Part shown: piece by piece, positions 52,513 through 64,000 of the stretch
How positions within the stretch are numbered: the first letter of the stretch is position 1
How the letters are laid out: the number at the start of each line of letters is the position of its first letter
Source: Mytilus trossulus
Lineage: Eukaryota
Length of the DNA stretch: 64,000 bases
Direction: 5' to 3'
Assembly (NCBI RefSeq): GCF_036588685.1
Contig: NC_086373.1
Location: 90,954,001 to 91,018,000, forward strand
Made by a program: the position numbers and the translations under genes
The notes under the pieces: model-generated
Told to the model about the DNA's origin: nothing
The model's input: only the letters and a program-made list of their open reading frames with translations
Database searches by the model: none

Positions 52513-53952
52513 ACACTAAGGGAGAGATCCGTTTGCGCCAAAAATGCGTCCTTTTGCGCCACAACTTTTTTTCTCAAATGCTACGTTTGCGCCATATGTT
52601 TTAAAATTAGAGGGTATCATTTGCGCCAAAAATCAAACATACGATTGCGCCAGTTAAAAAAAATACTTCCTTACTCCTTTCAACCTCTAGCTGGAGATGG
52701 GTTATCGATGTTTTAAGCTATTAAAGTTGTAAGGGTTTTGCAGAACAAATAGTCTCGCCTACTTTTGCTGTTAATCGCAGGTTCAACAAAATGAGGAAAA
52801 ATATTAAAATTTTCCTCTAGATACTATCTTTTGACTAGTACTGTAAGAAGCTTCTGTCAAAATTGGGGGAAAATCCAAATTATGAAAATCAATTTTAGAT
52901 AGATATCATTGTCTTGCATGCATATATTTACAGAGTTTCAAAACCTATATAAAACAACCATTTACCAGTTTCAATTCACAAACACTCAAGAGTATTCACT
53001 TTTGATGTGCCTTATATTCCCACATCCTTAAGTAAGCTCCCTTAAAATCCCTATCCCTTTACTTACTTATTTGGTATCTTGAATTGTGTTTTAAATTTTA
53101 AAACAAAAACATCAAGTTAGTAAATAGCTGTAAAAATGACAAAAAAACTCAGTGATTACCAGTAATCATTGAAACAACTAGTAAATACATGTAATTACTA
53201 AATTGGCTAGTAATTACAAGAACTTACTGAAACGTTTAGTAATTACGTGTAATTTCTAATTTCACCTATTTACTGTAACATATATACTGAATGTTTCCCT
53301 GGTTTTTATAATACCGTTGTTACGTGTTTCACATCCATCTCGTATTTTTTTCTTCTTCAATCAACTAATTGTATACAACGTTCCGTTACATTCTATGCTT
53401 ATGTTACTTATTACATTTAACTAATTGCAGCATGGAATGAAAGCCTGTCAGTAAATTATGTAAAAGAACTGGCAGAACAAGTACGACATAAATGGTTTAT
53501 TGATAATTATGTAATTTTGGCGGTTTTTATGCACATATCAAATTGACCTTATAAATAATTGACGCCTTACTGATATTAAGAAAACAAAATGTTTTCATTC
53601 TAAAAAAAATAACTATTATTTTAGTGAAGAAAATACAAATTAAAACTCTGCGATGTTAAAAAAACATGAAGTTTTGTCAGATAAGGATTTTTCCTCGTAG
53701 GAAATATTGATATCTTAACAGAACTGATAGTTTCTATTTCCTAATCAATTCTTGTTTTGTCCAAGAATATTTTAGATGCATAACACTACAAGAACTGATA
53801 TTTATTTCACAATTGTAGAAAATCTTGATATTTCTTATCGATTTAAAACTTGATATTCTTATGCAAGTCATTGTCCTAACATGTTTCTTTTGTATCATAA
53901 CAATCAAAGGCGGTCAATGTTTGGACAAGTGGAATAAAATAATTATACTTAC

Positions 53953-54037
53953 AGGTAAAAGCCCACATAGAATTCTCACTATTGTCAACAGCCATGACAA
54001 CAATTCGTTGACCTGATTCCTCTTCCATCTCTGCCAT
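53953..54037 (-). pseudogene. First coding exon of a universal stress protein (USP)-family gene, apparently orphan
   Basis: Translates MAEMEEESGQRIVVMAVDNSENSMWAFT, matching the USP N-terminal hhhAhDxSxxSxxAF pattern, and is followed by a phase-1 GTAAGT donor at 53952. I found no downstream USP exons (GxRG, GSVS motifs) by eye. Confidence 0.65.
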
Positions 54038-55866
54038 CGTTCAGATTTGTTTGTCTCTCTTTCTTAAATCCTTAAAATAAATATGATATTGTATCTGCAC
54101 CTCCGACTCGAGAATGAATACGTTAATAGATCATCAAAGATACTAAATATTTTCACGACAATTGTGTCCTTAAAATTGCTAATTTCACAAATCGATGGCT
54201 ATTAATTTCATAACCTGGCAGCGAAGGTGTATAATTGAAACAACTTTTCTGACAGACGATTCCAATCTCTCCGGAGGCATCTACAGAGATCAATACGACA
54301 CGAGAGGTTCCAATAGTAAGACTCGATGAAATTCTTTTAGAATTAACTTCAGTTTCCATCCATAACGTAATAATGAAGTATTGACTTTACGGATCACCAA
54401 TGCTTGCAAGCTATTGGTCAGGAGAATGGTTCGTCTAAGCTTTGACAAAAAGGTGTACTTAGTACCATAATTGCAGAATAAGTCGTCGCGAAATTCTATA
54501 ATGAGTTTCAATCTATATTATATAATGGTAAAACAGTGCAGCATATTACATTGATAAACTGCTTTCAATCAGTGTACAAATTGCAGTAATAAAAAAGATT
54601 AAAAAAAATACAGTTTGATTTAAATAGTAAACGACTTTTTATGGTACAGGACATGTTTATAAAAATTGTAGGTTGAACCTGGTTTTGTGGCTAGCCAAAC
54701 CTCGTGCTTTTATTGCAATGTTAGATATGGCTAATGTTATATTAAAAATAATCTTTTCATTGATATGTTCAAAGTGTACTATTGGTATTGTGATTTTTAA
54801 ATAGTTTGTTGGGTACAATGTTTTGCTTACAATTATGATATAGTGATGCAAATTGACTTTGATATGCATATATATCTGATCAAACAAGAAACTGAAAATG
54901 CACGTGCAAGGTGTTTTCACTTTAGATATTTTTCAACAGTATTTTTTTCATCATTTTACAAATATTATACAGATGTATCTGTAAAAGTAGCTTGGCATTG
55001 TAAAATATCTGATTTTCGTTATGATTTAAAAGGAGTTCCTGATCAATTTGACAGATTCTCTTGTAAAAAGATATTTCTCAGAATGTTACAGCAGTGAAAT
55101 AAAGGCAACATCGGTAAACTGGTGTTCGAAATACATAAATCGAGAGAATGAGAGAAACAAATCTGGGTTACAATCTTAAACCGAGAGGAAAACATCAATT
55201 ATAAGAGGAAATAAAGGCAACAGTAGTATACCGCTGTTCGGAAACAACGAAAAAACAGAAACACTAAAGTGTAACAAAAAACCTAACGACAATGTAACAC
55301 ACACAGAAACGAACTGTAAGATAACAATTGCCCTTTCTTGACTTGGTACAGGACATGTTTATAAAAATTGTAGGTTGAACCTGGTTTTGTGGCTAGCCAA
55401 ACCTCGTGCTTTTATTGCAATGTTAGATATGGCTAATGTTATATTATAGTTCTTTTCTGTGTATGTTACATTTTAATATTGTGTTTCTGTTGTGTCGTAT
55501 TTCTCCTCTTATATTTGATACGTTTCCCTCAGTTTTAGTTTGTAACCCGGATTTAATTTTTTTTATCAATCGATTTGTGAATTCGAACAGTGGTTTAATA
55601 CTGTTGGCTTTATATAACACTAAAAGGACAACATTGCATGATAGGACTACAGAACAAATAAATGCAAGAACATTCAGGACAGACAAATACACAAATAAAC
55701 AATACAACGTTAACAATACGACAATAAATTTCGACATACTTTTAGTTATCAAAGGTACCATGATGAACCTTAATACACCAGACGCCCGTTTTATCGACAT
55801 AAGACTCATCAGTGACGCTCATATCAAATTAGTCAGAAAGCCAAACAAGTATAAATAAACTCATAA

Positions 55867-56031
55867 TCACTGAACTAGTATATATTTGTTTAGGGGCCAG
55901 CTGAAGGACGCCTCCGGGTGCGGGAATTTCTCGCTACATTGAAGACCTGTTGGTGACCTTCTGCTGTTGTTTTTTTATTTGGTCGGGTTGTTGTCTCTTT
56001 GACACATTCCCCATTTCCATTCTCAATTTTA
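55867..56031 (-). mobile_element. Abundant short interspersed repeat inserted in a hammerhead-family repeat
   Basis: Ends cgggttgttgtctctttgacacattccccatttccattctcaatttta. Older copies at 19858-20130 and 29778-30035. Confidence 0.75.
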
Positions 56032-58139
56032 TCATCATAGATACCAGGACTAAATTTAGTATATAAGTTAAATAGCATTTATGACCAAAAATTCCAGTAA
56101 AACAAAAGTGGAACAGGCCAAATTAAGAACATAGTTGAAGAGTATTAAGGACTCAAAATTCAGAACGGTTAGCCACATATAGCTTTTATAATGTATTCCT
56201 GTTTAGAACATTCTAAGTATTTCGAAAAATTTAAAGTATTGTACCATCTATACATTTATATATACGAATAAGAAATAACGGTTGCACTTTAATTGAAAAA
56301 TTCAAACCACTGCAGAACTTATAAACACTATTAAAACATACAAACACAAAATAACTGTCAATTCCAAAATTGTTACAGACACATCCCACTTGAAGTGATA
56401 ATAAACCTCATCAAAGATTCGAAGTTTATAGGTTGCTACAAATTGGTTTACAATTTGATGTACGCCAGGTGTTAAGTTTAAAAAACTAGTGAATCCAAAT
56501 AACTGGTTCATTAATCAAACAAGAAATAAGGTATCAAAATAATTATATTTATAAACATCTTTATGTTAAATCAATGTAAAAACCACGAATAGGCAAAAAA
56601 CAATTACAAACAGGAAGCTAACGACACGACCCTCACAAAGTAACGGATGGACTTACGTATTTCGGCAGCGTTTAATGGTCTAAGCAGGTCCTTGCTCGTG
56701 CAAGTACATATTCGATAATAAAGCTCATTAGGTAATCGAAGGGAACAGAATTGTGGTCACAAAAAGTGGAACAAATCCGATGTGATTATGATGTCTGAAA
56801 AAAACCGTACACCTTAACTAAGTCAGGAATATGACAGTTCTATCCATTATTCGTTTGATGTGTTTGAGCTTTTGTTTTTTTGCCATTTTATTAGGGAATT
56901 TCCATTTTAAATATTCCTCTGAGTTCAGTATTTTTGTTATTTTACTTTTTTCGTAAGTATATTCTTTGTTAATTAAAGGGAATAAAAGTTTATTGTTCGC
57001 TTTACCCTTTATGTCCTTTTTATCAAAGAGCTTCTAACTTTTCTATGTTTTTATACATTTTTAGCTTTCAAGTATAAAGGTTTGAGTGTCCTGATGAAGG
57101 TTAATTCAGAAAAGCGTTTCAGACTTATGAAATTATTAATGTTTTGTCTTTATTGTTTTATTTATCAAGAAAAGGGCTTCAGACACGGAAATTACAAATC
57201 CTTTCCATAGATACAAAAAAGGTGAAGAAACACTCTAGAGAGACATTTGGAGATACCAGAGGGACATTTTGATAAGGTCTAGCACTGAAGGGCTCGTTGG
57301 CAATTTTTAAAGAGCGGCCCTAGGTACGTCGAAAGAGCATCCTGTTCTATTAAGGCATGCTTCACGAGGCCTTCTTGTAAAAAAAAAAATAACATATTTA
57401 CAGATCTGACAACAACTCTGTTAACCAAAGATGTAAATTATGTCGCTAGTGGATTCAGACATAGATACATCGTATCGGTTAAACAATTTGTGATGGTGAG
57501 AGTCAAACTTATGAAGTGTCAATTAAGGTAGTCTCTGTTTAAGCAGTCTTTTTGTGATGAGCATACTTAAATATACACCAGCAAAATTACTGTGCCATAT
57601 CTTTTGATTAAATCATAGTTTATAAGTTATTTTTGAAATTAAAAAAATATAACATATCTTGTAAGATATCAGTCGAAACAAACTAGATAAGTTTGGAAAT
57701 AAAAGGTGGCTTATAACTTTTTACTTATTTTGTATATTATTCATTATTTGACTCTGTAAACAATATCTTGATAAAATTCTCTATATATCTATACTTAGCG
57801 CAGAATCAGAGATATACAGAATAATGGCTCATACAATATACATTTTTTTCTGGTATTTCGAATAGACAGAAAAATATTACTGTAATTTCTTATAATTAAA
57901 CCATGAATTCCCTTTTAAATCGGAGTACACCATGAAAAAACGTTATGTTATTATGTACATGAGCTGATAAACAAAAAAGGTCAGCAAATCAGAAGACACG
58001 ATACATCCAAAATTATAACTTTACGTTCCACTACATGTTTGCTCTAACCGAAATTGAGTTACTTTTATATATATATAGAAGATTTCATAGTTCTTAAAAG
58101 TCTGCATGAGATCATAATGGAACCTTGGAGAACGCATCT

Positions 58140-58800
58140 TTTAAATCGAAATTGAGATAAAGGATACAATTATTACAGTATTGTTAATGGTAATCCTCTT
58201 TAAATAAATGAAGAATTAAATTAATTCTGTCTCATGTATTGACTTATATCTAGAAATAAAGAATGGAGGTCGGTTGGATACAACGCTTTACGATAGTAGA
58301 GATGATTTGCAGCTTCCTAATTGTGAACATTCCTTTTCTACGTAGCAACATTTCCACAGCGCGTGTATATGGAGTATACATCCTCTAGTTAATACGATAT
58401 ACTAGGGCTTATTTTTACGGTTATGATTTCTTGATAGAGGATTGCTGCTTACAGAGTATCAATTTGTGAAGTTGAAATCATCCCTTCGTAAATTTTACGG
58501 ACTTTATCCCGACTATGTTGACTGATATGGAATACCGTTTTTCACAGACAACGACTGATACGTCCCTATTATCGTATTAAAATGCCGATCCTTATTTACC
58601 TGAATGTGACTTACTGAATAAGACGTATCACAAAAGAAAGAGGAAATGTGTACCATTATGGGGCAGATGAGATAACCCCCGATTTCGGAAGGTTCCCGTT
58701 CTTTAGTTTCTATGTTGTGTTTTGTGTACTGTAGTTTGTTTTCTACTTTTTGGTTTGCCGTCTTATAGGTTAGAATGTCACTTTATTATCTGCTGCATCT
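58140..58800 (+). mobile_element. Degenerate Penelope-like RT C-terminal fragment
   Basis: Decayed EIEIKDT..DLYLEI..GRLDTTLYDSRDD and gttgaaatcatcccttcgtaaatttt, both homologous to the 44.3-44.6 kb element. Confidence 0.7.
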
Positions 58801-61202
58801 CTTCTACGTAACAAAATTGACGTCAAGCGTCGTTTGAGAAATAATATATACCGAAAAAAGAGACAATTGCGATTCTCAGTTTGTTAACTTCCCATTTCTA
58901 TGTAACATCATTCTAGTTGATATGTTCCCACTATTTGTGTTTCTTTTTTTATCTCGATAAAAGTTAGATGCTTGAAAGTTAGTTATCGAGTTGATTGCAT
59001 CTCTTTAAAAGTTTCAAGTATCCTCTACTTGTAGTGACATTTACGTCCAATTTTCATCAGGCGTAATATCATTGAATGCAACTTTTTAATTTAAGATATC
59101 AGTGTTTTGAGAGGAAAAAACATATCGAAGCAGGGGGAAAAGTTCCATTTACGAAGTACCAAGCTCCTGTCTGTTTACTGTTTTGAGATATCTATGTTCT
59201 CATAAAGTGGCAGACATAACATTTTATTAAGTTAACTTAGTTTTAATCCTGATAGCGAGTACTTCGGCACTGACATGAAAATAAAGATAATGTTTAATTG
59301 AAATTTGATGTTAAAAATTGGAAATCATTTAAAATTGCGTACAACATATACTTCCTTGCTTGGATATAGAAATGTTGTTGGTCTTTTCGAGTTTATTAAT
59401 TTCTTCAATTACTAAATTAGATTTTAGATCTTCAAATATGCTGTCCTCGAGCATCACTGAAGAGATTATGATTGTTAAAATGTGCGTCTTTTGCAATAAA
59501 GTGGTAACGTTTATTTTATTATTGTCATAATTAAGCCTTGTATCTTTGGTGATTATGATTGTCGAAATACGCGCCTGTTGCAGTAAAATTGGAACTGTTT
59601 ATTTATTATTGTTATAATTAAGCCTCATAATTAAACTCATCATAGATACCAGGATCAAATCAAGTTCATGTTGAAAAGTACATTTCCTATGTGTTCGACA
59701 AAATAGAAAAAAAATGTGATTATTTGTAATCAAACAAGTAAAGCTATTTTGAAAGTGGGAATATTTTTTTCCAGCTGCATGTCTGCTGTTGAACTGTCCT
59801 TCAAACAAAAACAAATTTTAATATAAAATATAAAATTCCAATTGGAAAATATAACAGTTTGAATTTCATTGGAGTTAAGTATTTTTGTGATTGTACTTTT
59901 TAAATTCTTCTATTGGTTTATATGCAAACATAACTAACATATTTTGTATTTGTGGGTGCATCTTAAATGATCAGGACACAGTTTCTTAAATATTCTACAA
60001 GAAAGACTGTTTATTAAGAAATTGAAAAAATCGAACTTAATCTAAAAACAATAAATATTAATTAAATGAAGCAACAAGTATATAATTCCTACCATCGGTT
60101 AAGGTGATTTATCAACAACCGCTTTATATGGTGTGAACACTTCAATAAATGACTTCAAATAGAACAATTATAAAAAGAAAATTAATGAGTGTTATTCAGA
60201 CGACAGCCGATGAAAATCATAGACAGTATTACATGGATGATATAACGGATCATCAATCTTTTGTTTTATATCATTTATAAGTAAATTCACTGAAGAAATA
60301 ACAACGAATTGTCCTTGCAAAAATTTTGTTTGATTTGATTGACCTCGATATGTATATCGAAATTGTTTCAAAATATACGAATAATGCACCGAGAATCTGC
60401 ATTTCGACTAGACATTGCCGGTGGAGATTTAATAATCAGGGATATATACATTCCAGTAGTCAGCATTTCAATTTGTCGAGTTGATCCGCCTTGATACATT
60501 ACTCGAACGATAAAGACCTAATCCTGAGGCTTCTTAAGGAGAATGAATATAAACCTGAAGTATCATTCAGCTTCGTGACATTTCCCTTTATAGATGATAA
60601 CCTATTATGTAATACGTAAAGTTGAACAGTAAAAGTCGATTGAGACTTTTATTTCAAAAATGAGACGAACAGAATACAAAACGCAACATAGAAAACAATC
60701 GACCGAACGTCTTCATCCCTACCACAATCCAGCGATAATCCCAGGTTCTTCTGAAGAAAATGCAGCTCCACACGATCCGCTCATCTTGATTCACCTACAG
60801 CAATAAATAAATGTATCCTTAATCTTATCTATAGATATTGCATCTAATATTTGTTGTGATTGCAATGGAAGATATTATGACTTTGAAAACATTTCAATCG
60901 GATGATTTAATGAACAACAATATTTTTTTGGATAAGAGCATGAATCGACTAGAAATTTCAGCAGTTGGAATTCGAATTCTACGTTGTTACCATGACTAAT
61001 AATTTAATAAAGAATGCATCAATCAACTTTAATATTGCACATAAAAATGTGTATAAAAAGCCTATGGTATTTACTGATATTCTGAATATAAATAGTATAG
61101 CGATATTAAACTAATAGGATAGAAAATTTATAAAAAAAAGATGTAAATTACATCTCAATGCCAAGCATCTGAACATGATGGAATCAAACTATTTTCGATA
61201 TA

Positions 61203-61513
61203 TAAAGGCAACAGTAGTATACCGCTGTTCAAAACTCATAAATCCATGGACAAAAAACAGAATCGGGGTAACAAACTAAAACCGAGGGAAACACATTAAA
61301 TATAATAGGAGAACAACGACACAACACCGAAACGCAACACACACATAAACGGACCAAGCATCAGACAAATTCCCACGAGAATAACAACTATAACATCTAA
61401 ACCAAATACATGAATTTGGGATAAACAAGTACCGTGCCACGTCTTATCTCAATATCTCAAAAACAAGAGAAAACAAACGACACAACATTCAAATGCAACA
61501 CACACAGAAACGA
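61203..61513 (+). mobile_element. Truncated copy of the 50908 repeat family
   Basis: Collinear with 50910-51222. Confidence 0.8.
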
Positions 61514-62989
61514 ATCTGTCCTATTGTATTCTTGTGACAATTTTCAAAACAGTAAAACACTGAAAACGTCCAACAACAATATGATAACTGAAACATACAA
61601 ATGTAAGAGAACAATATGTTTGAAATAAACACCAAATAGTTAGAAGTGCTTGTGGAATCAATATAAATGAATTATCGTAACTTTAACTTGTGTTCGAAGA
61701 TGTAAAGCGACTGTATGAATTAATCAAAATAAGAAAAAGATATTACTATGCTTGTCATATTTTGTAATTTCGTCGTGAAACCTAACGATAAAAGGACACC
61801 AATCATTTTCACGAGGAATGACATTTATAGCCATGGCGTTGTCAGTTTATTTTTTTTCTTCTTAGAGTTGGAATGTCCGTCTGGTATTTTCGCTTGTTTC
61901 AACTTTTTAATTATAAGTGTTAAATGTTGTGTATAAAATGTCCTATCGAGAAGTAGTGTGTTGTCGAATTTTAATAAATTAAAGGTTGAAAATTACAAAC
62001 GCTACCGAATTTTCATAGTATATATCTTTATCTCCAGACAAAAAAAACCTTCTCCAACAGGGTTATGAGGAAGAAAGTCCGAAATCAACATAACATCAGT
62101 ATTAAGGACAGCATGAGGGTTTTATTGACCAACACAAACTCATAAGTTGTTGTGGTCTTAGATCTTTAGATACCATTTAAATCGTCTGATCTTAAATCGA
62201 CCGATCATGACTTATTCTATATTATGTGACATTTTGACTGAATGTGAGTTTATTCATAGGGGCGTCTGGAGCATTTATATAATCTGATTTGAATTCAGAT
62301 ATTTAGTAATAAGATTGCTCTATATTTTAGTTATATTGCCATTTATTGCGTAAAAAGTAAAATCACAAAAATGGCAAAATCAAAAGCTTAAACACATCAA
62401 ACGATTTGATAACAACTGTCATAATCCTGACTTGGTAAAGGCATTTTCTTAGATTTGATTTTCTCGCTCTTGTTATTTTTATCTTGATTTGTATCTATAG
62501 AAAGGATTTGCGAGATTTAAGCATCGGTAAACTACTTTTGTCTCGAATCTATAGGAGGATATCAACAGCTAAAAGTTTTTCTAATGACTACCACAAGAAG
62601 AAAGATTTGTTATAACTTTCAGGTACGTGATATTCATAGTGAAAAGGAAACTGATTATAAAGATTGGTGAATGATGCATTCTATTTCATCTCATTTTCAC
62701 ATTTTCAGTTTTGAACCTGAATCGTACTAAACTCCTTATGTTGGTTGACAAATTGTTTAAACATGTAAACGGAACATGACATTTGACATGAACAAAGTTA
62801 CATGACATTTGAACATGAACATAACATCTCGTTTATAAATTTTGAAATTAAATAGAAACTAAGGTTTCAACTCCATCAGGCAAAGTTGGCTTTAGATGAA
62901 TTTGGCTATTAGTTTTAGGTATTTTTGCATACAGCGCCTCAATGGTTTCGATACTTCTACATCTTTGGATTTCCGATGTTTGGCTTTGA

Positions 62990-63031
62990 GCGTTCCTGAT
63001 GAAGGTAAATCCAGAAAAGCAATTCGGACGC
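62990..63031 (+). ncRNA. Minimal hammerhead ribozyme, partly degenerate
   Basis: GCGUUC-CUGAUGA-AGGUAAAUCCA-GAAA-AGCAAU-UC-GGACGC. Stem I pairs but stem III is damaged. A related copy lies at ~57085-57125. Confidence 0.55.
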
Positions 63032-64000
63032 AAGTTATTATAAAACGTGTTGTTTTCCATTTTTTAATCATTAAGCCTATTTTTCGAGGTGGCGAAATTT
63101 AGAGAAAGGGATCATTATTCGAAAGAAATATCTGAAATCACTTATTTCAAACTTAACCATACTCTTCTATATCACTAACAATATGTACTTTATATATCAT
63201 CAGCTTCTTTTAATCAATGCATCCTTCTGAGAGAAAAAAAAGCTTCTAAGTTGCATTTATTAACTGCATTGACGGATTAGTTGATGAATTAACAAAAAAG
63301 AGGGTTCATATCATTATTACAAAGAACATATAAATTTCTTAAATTTATTGTTGTTGACAGATGATATGTGTTTCCTTAGATAAGTAATATAGCTAAAGTT
63401 GATCTGTTTCATTCTTTGCGAATAAAAAAAATGTGCTTTTGGCGAATTTTGTGTTTGATGGTTGCATTGATTGCGGGGTTTTACATCCATTTACTTCTAT
63501 TATCGGGACTAAATGGATTTTTTTAGTATAGGGAGCAATGTTCACTGGTTAAAAGGGCTCTTATCAGATCAGTGATGTTCATTCGCCAATTATTAAATTT
63601 TTCAAGGTTAATGAATGCTGAAGTGTGCATTTGTTGCACTCCACACAATCGAAAAGTGATTGTTGTATGCGTCAAAAGTTCAGGCGGCCGGGTCAGCCGG
63701 GATAAGCGATAAAGTGTGTTAGAGTCATAAGAAAACAATCAATAATAAACAAACTAATTACTTAATACCAGATTGTCTTGAAATAACGGTGCTACTGGTA
63801 AAAGGAAATTATATAAAACTCAAAGAGTTTTGCAACTTTACTGACACAAATATTCACTGGTAAAATAAAATAATCAAATTCATTCTACCCAAAATAAAAA
63901 CCTTTTTCTCGTATATATTTCATCACTATCGGCTAATACTAGTAGTTTTTTCTTGTAAAAGTAGCATCGTTCTTTTCCAAGCTTATAATATGACATTTTA

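Larger units (their letters stand above)
50406..53280. mobile_element. Long-TIR DNA element carrying nested repeats and a LINE end
   Basis: tgttacagtaaataggtgaaattag(g/a)aattaca(t/c)gtaattactaaa is inverted at both ends, with TA-rich flanks and subterminal gtaattac repeats. Confidence 0.8.

Noticed and set aside
720-63102. Remaining 60-140 aa ORFs in the track
   Set aside because: Most lie in repeats or low-complexity AT-rich DNA, many start at non-ATG codons, and none shows a domain or splice support that I can identify.

Overview
AT-rich, repeat-dense metazoan DNA. The repeat families look like those of mytilid bivalves (recognised from memory, not searched). Only one clearly intact protein-coding gene is present: a + strand gene with two coding exons (39408-41952 and 42300-42667, about 970 aa). 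It fuses about 10 N-terminal ankyrin repeats to a Mab-21/cGAS-like (cGLR) nucleotidyltransferase whose catalytic residues are intact. Just upstream is a cluster of 440-bp tRNA-headed repeats that includes a palindrome with ~295-bp arms. Positions ~6.7-33.5 kb hold three tandem copies of a 7-10 kb unit with no intact ORF. Some blocks in the unit are far better conserved between copies than the TE relics in the same unit, and they read as decayed minus-strand coding sequence of unknown origin. An orphan first exon of a universal stress protein gene lies on the minus strand at ~54 kb. The rest is Penelope-like RT fragments, a CR1/L2-like LINE end, minimal hammerhead-ribozyme repeats, SINEs and many TIR MITEs. 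Best candidates for new biology: the ankyrin-cGLR receptor, and the triplicated block of conserved antisense coding relics (possible small-RNA or endogenous-viral-element locus; unproven).
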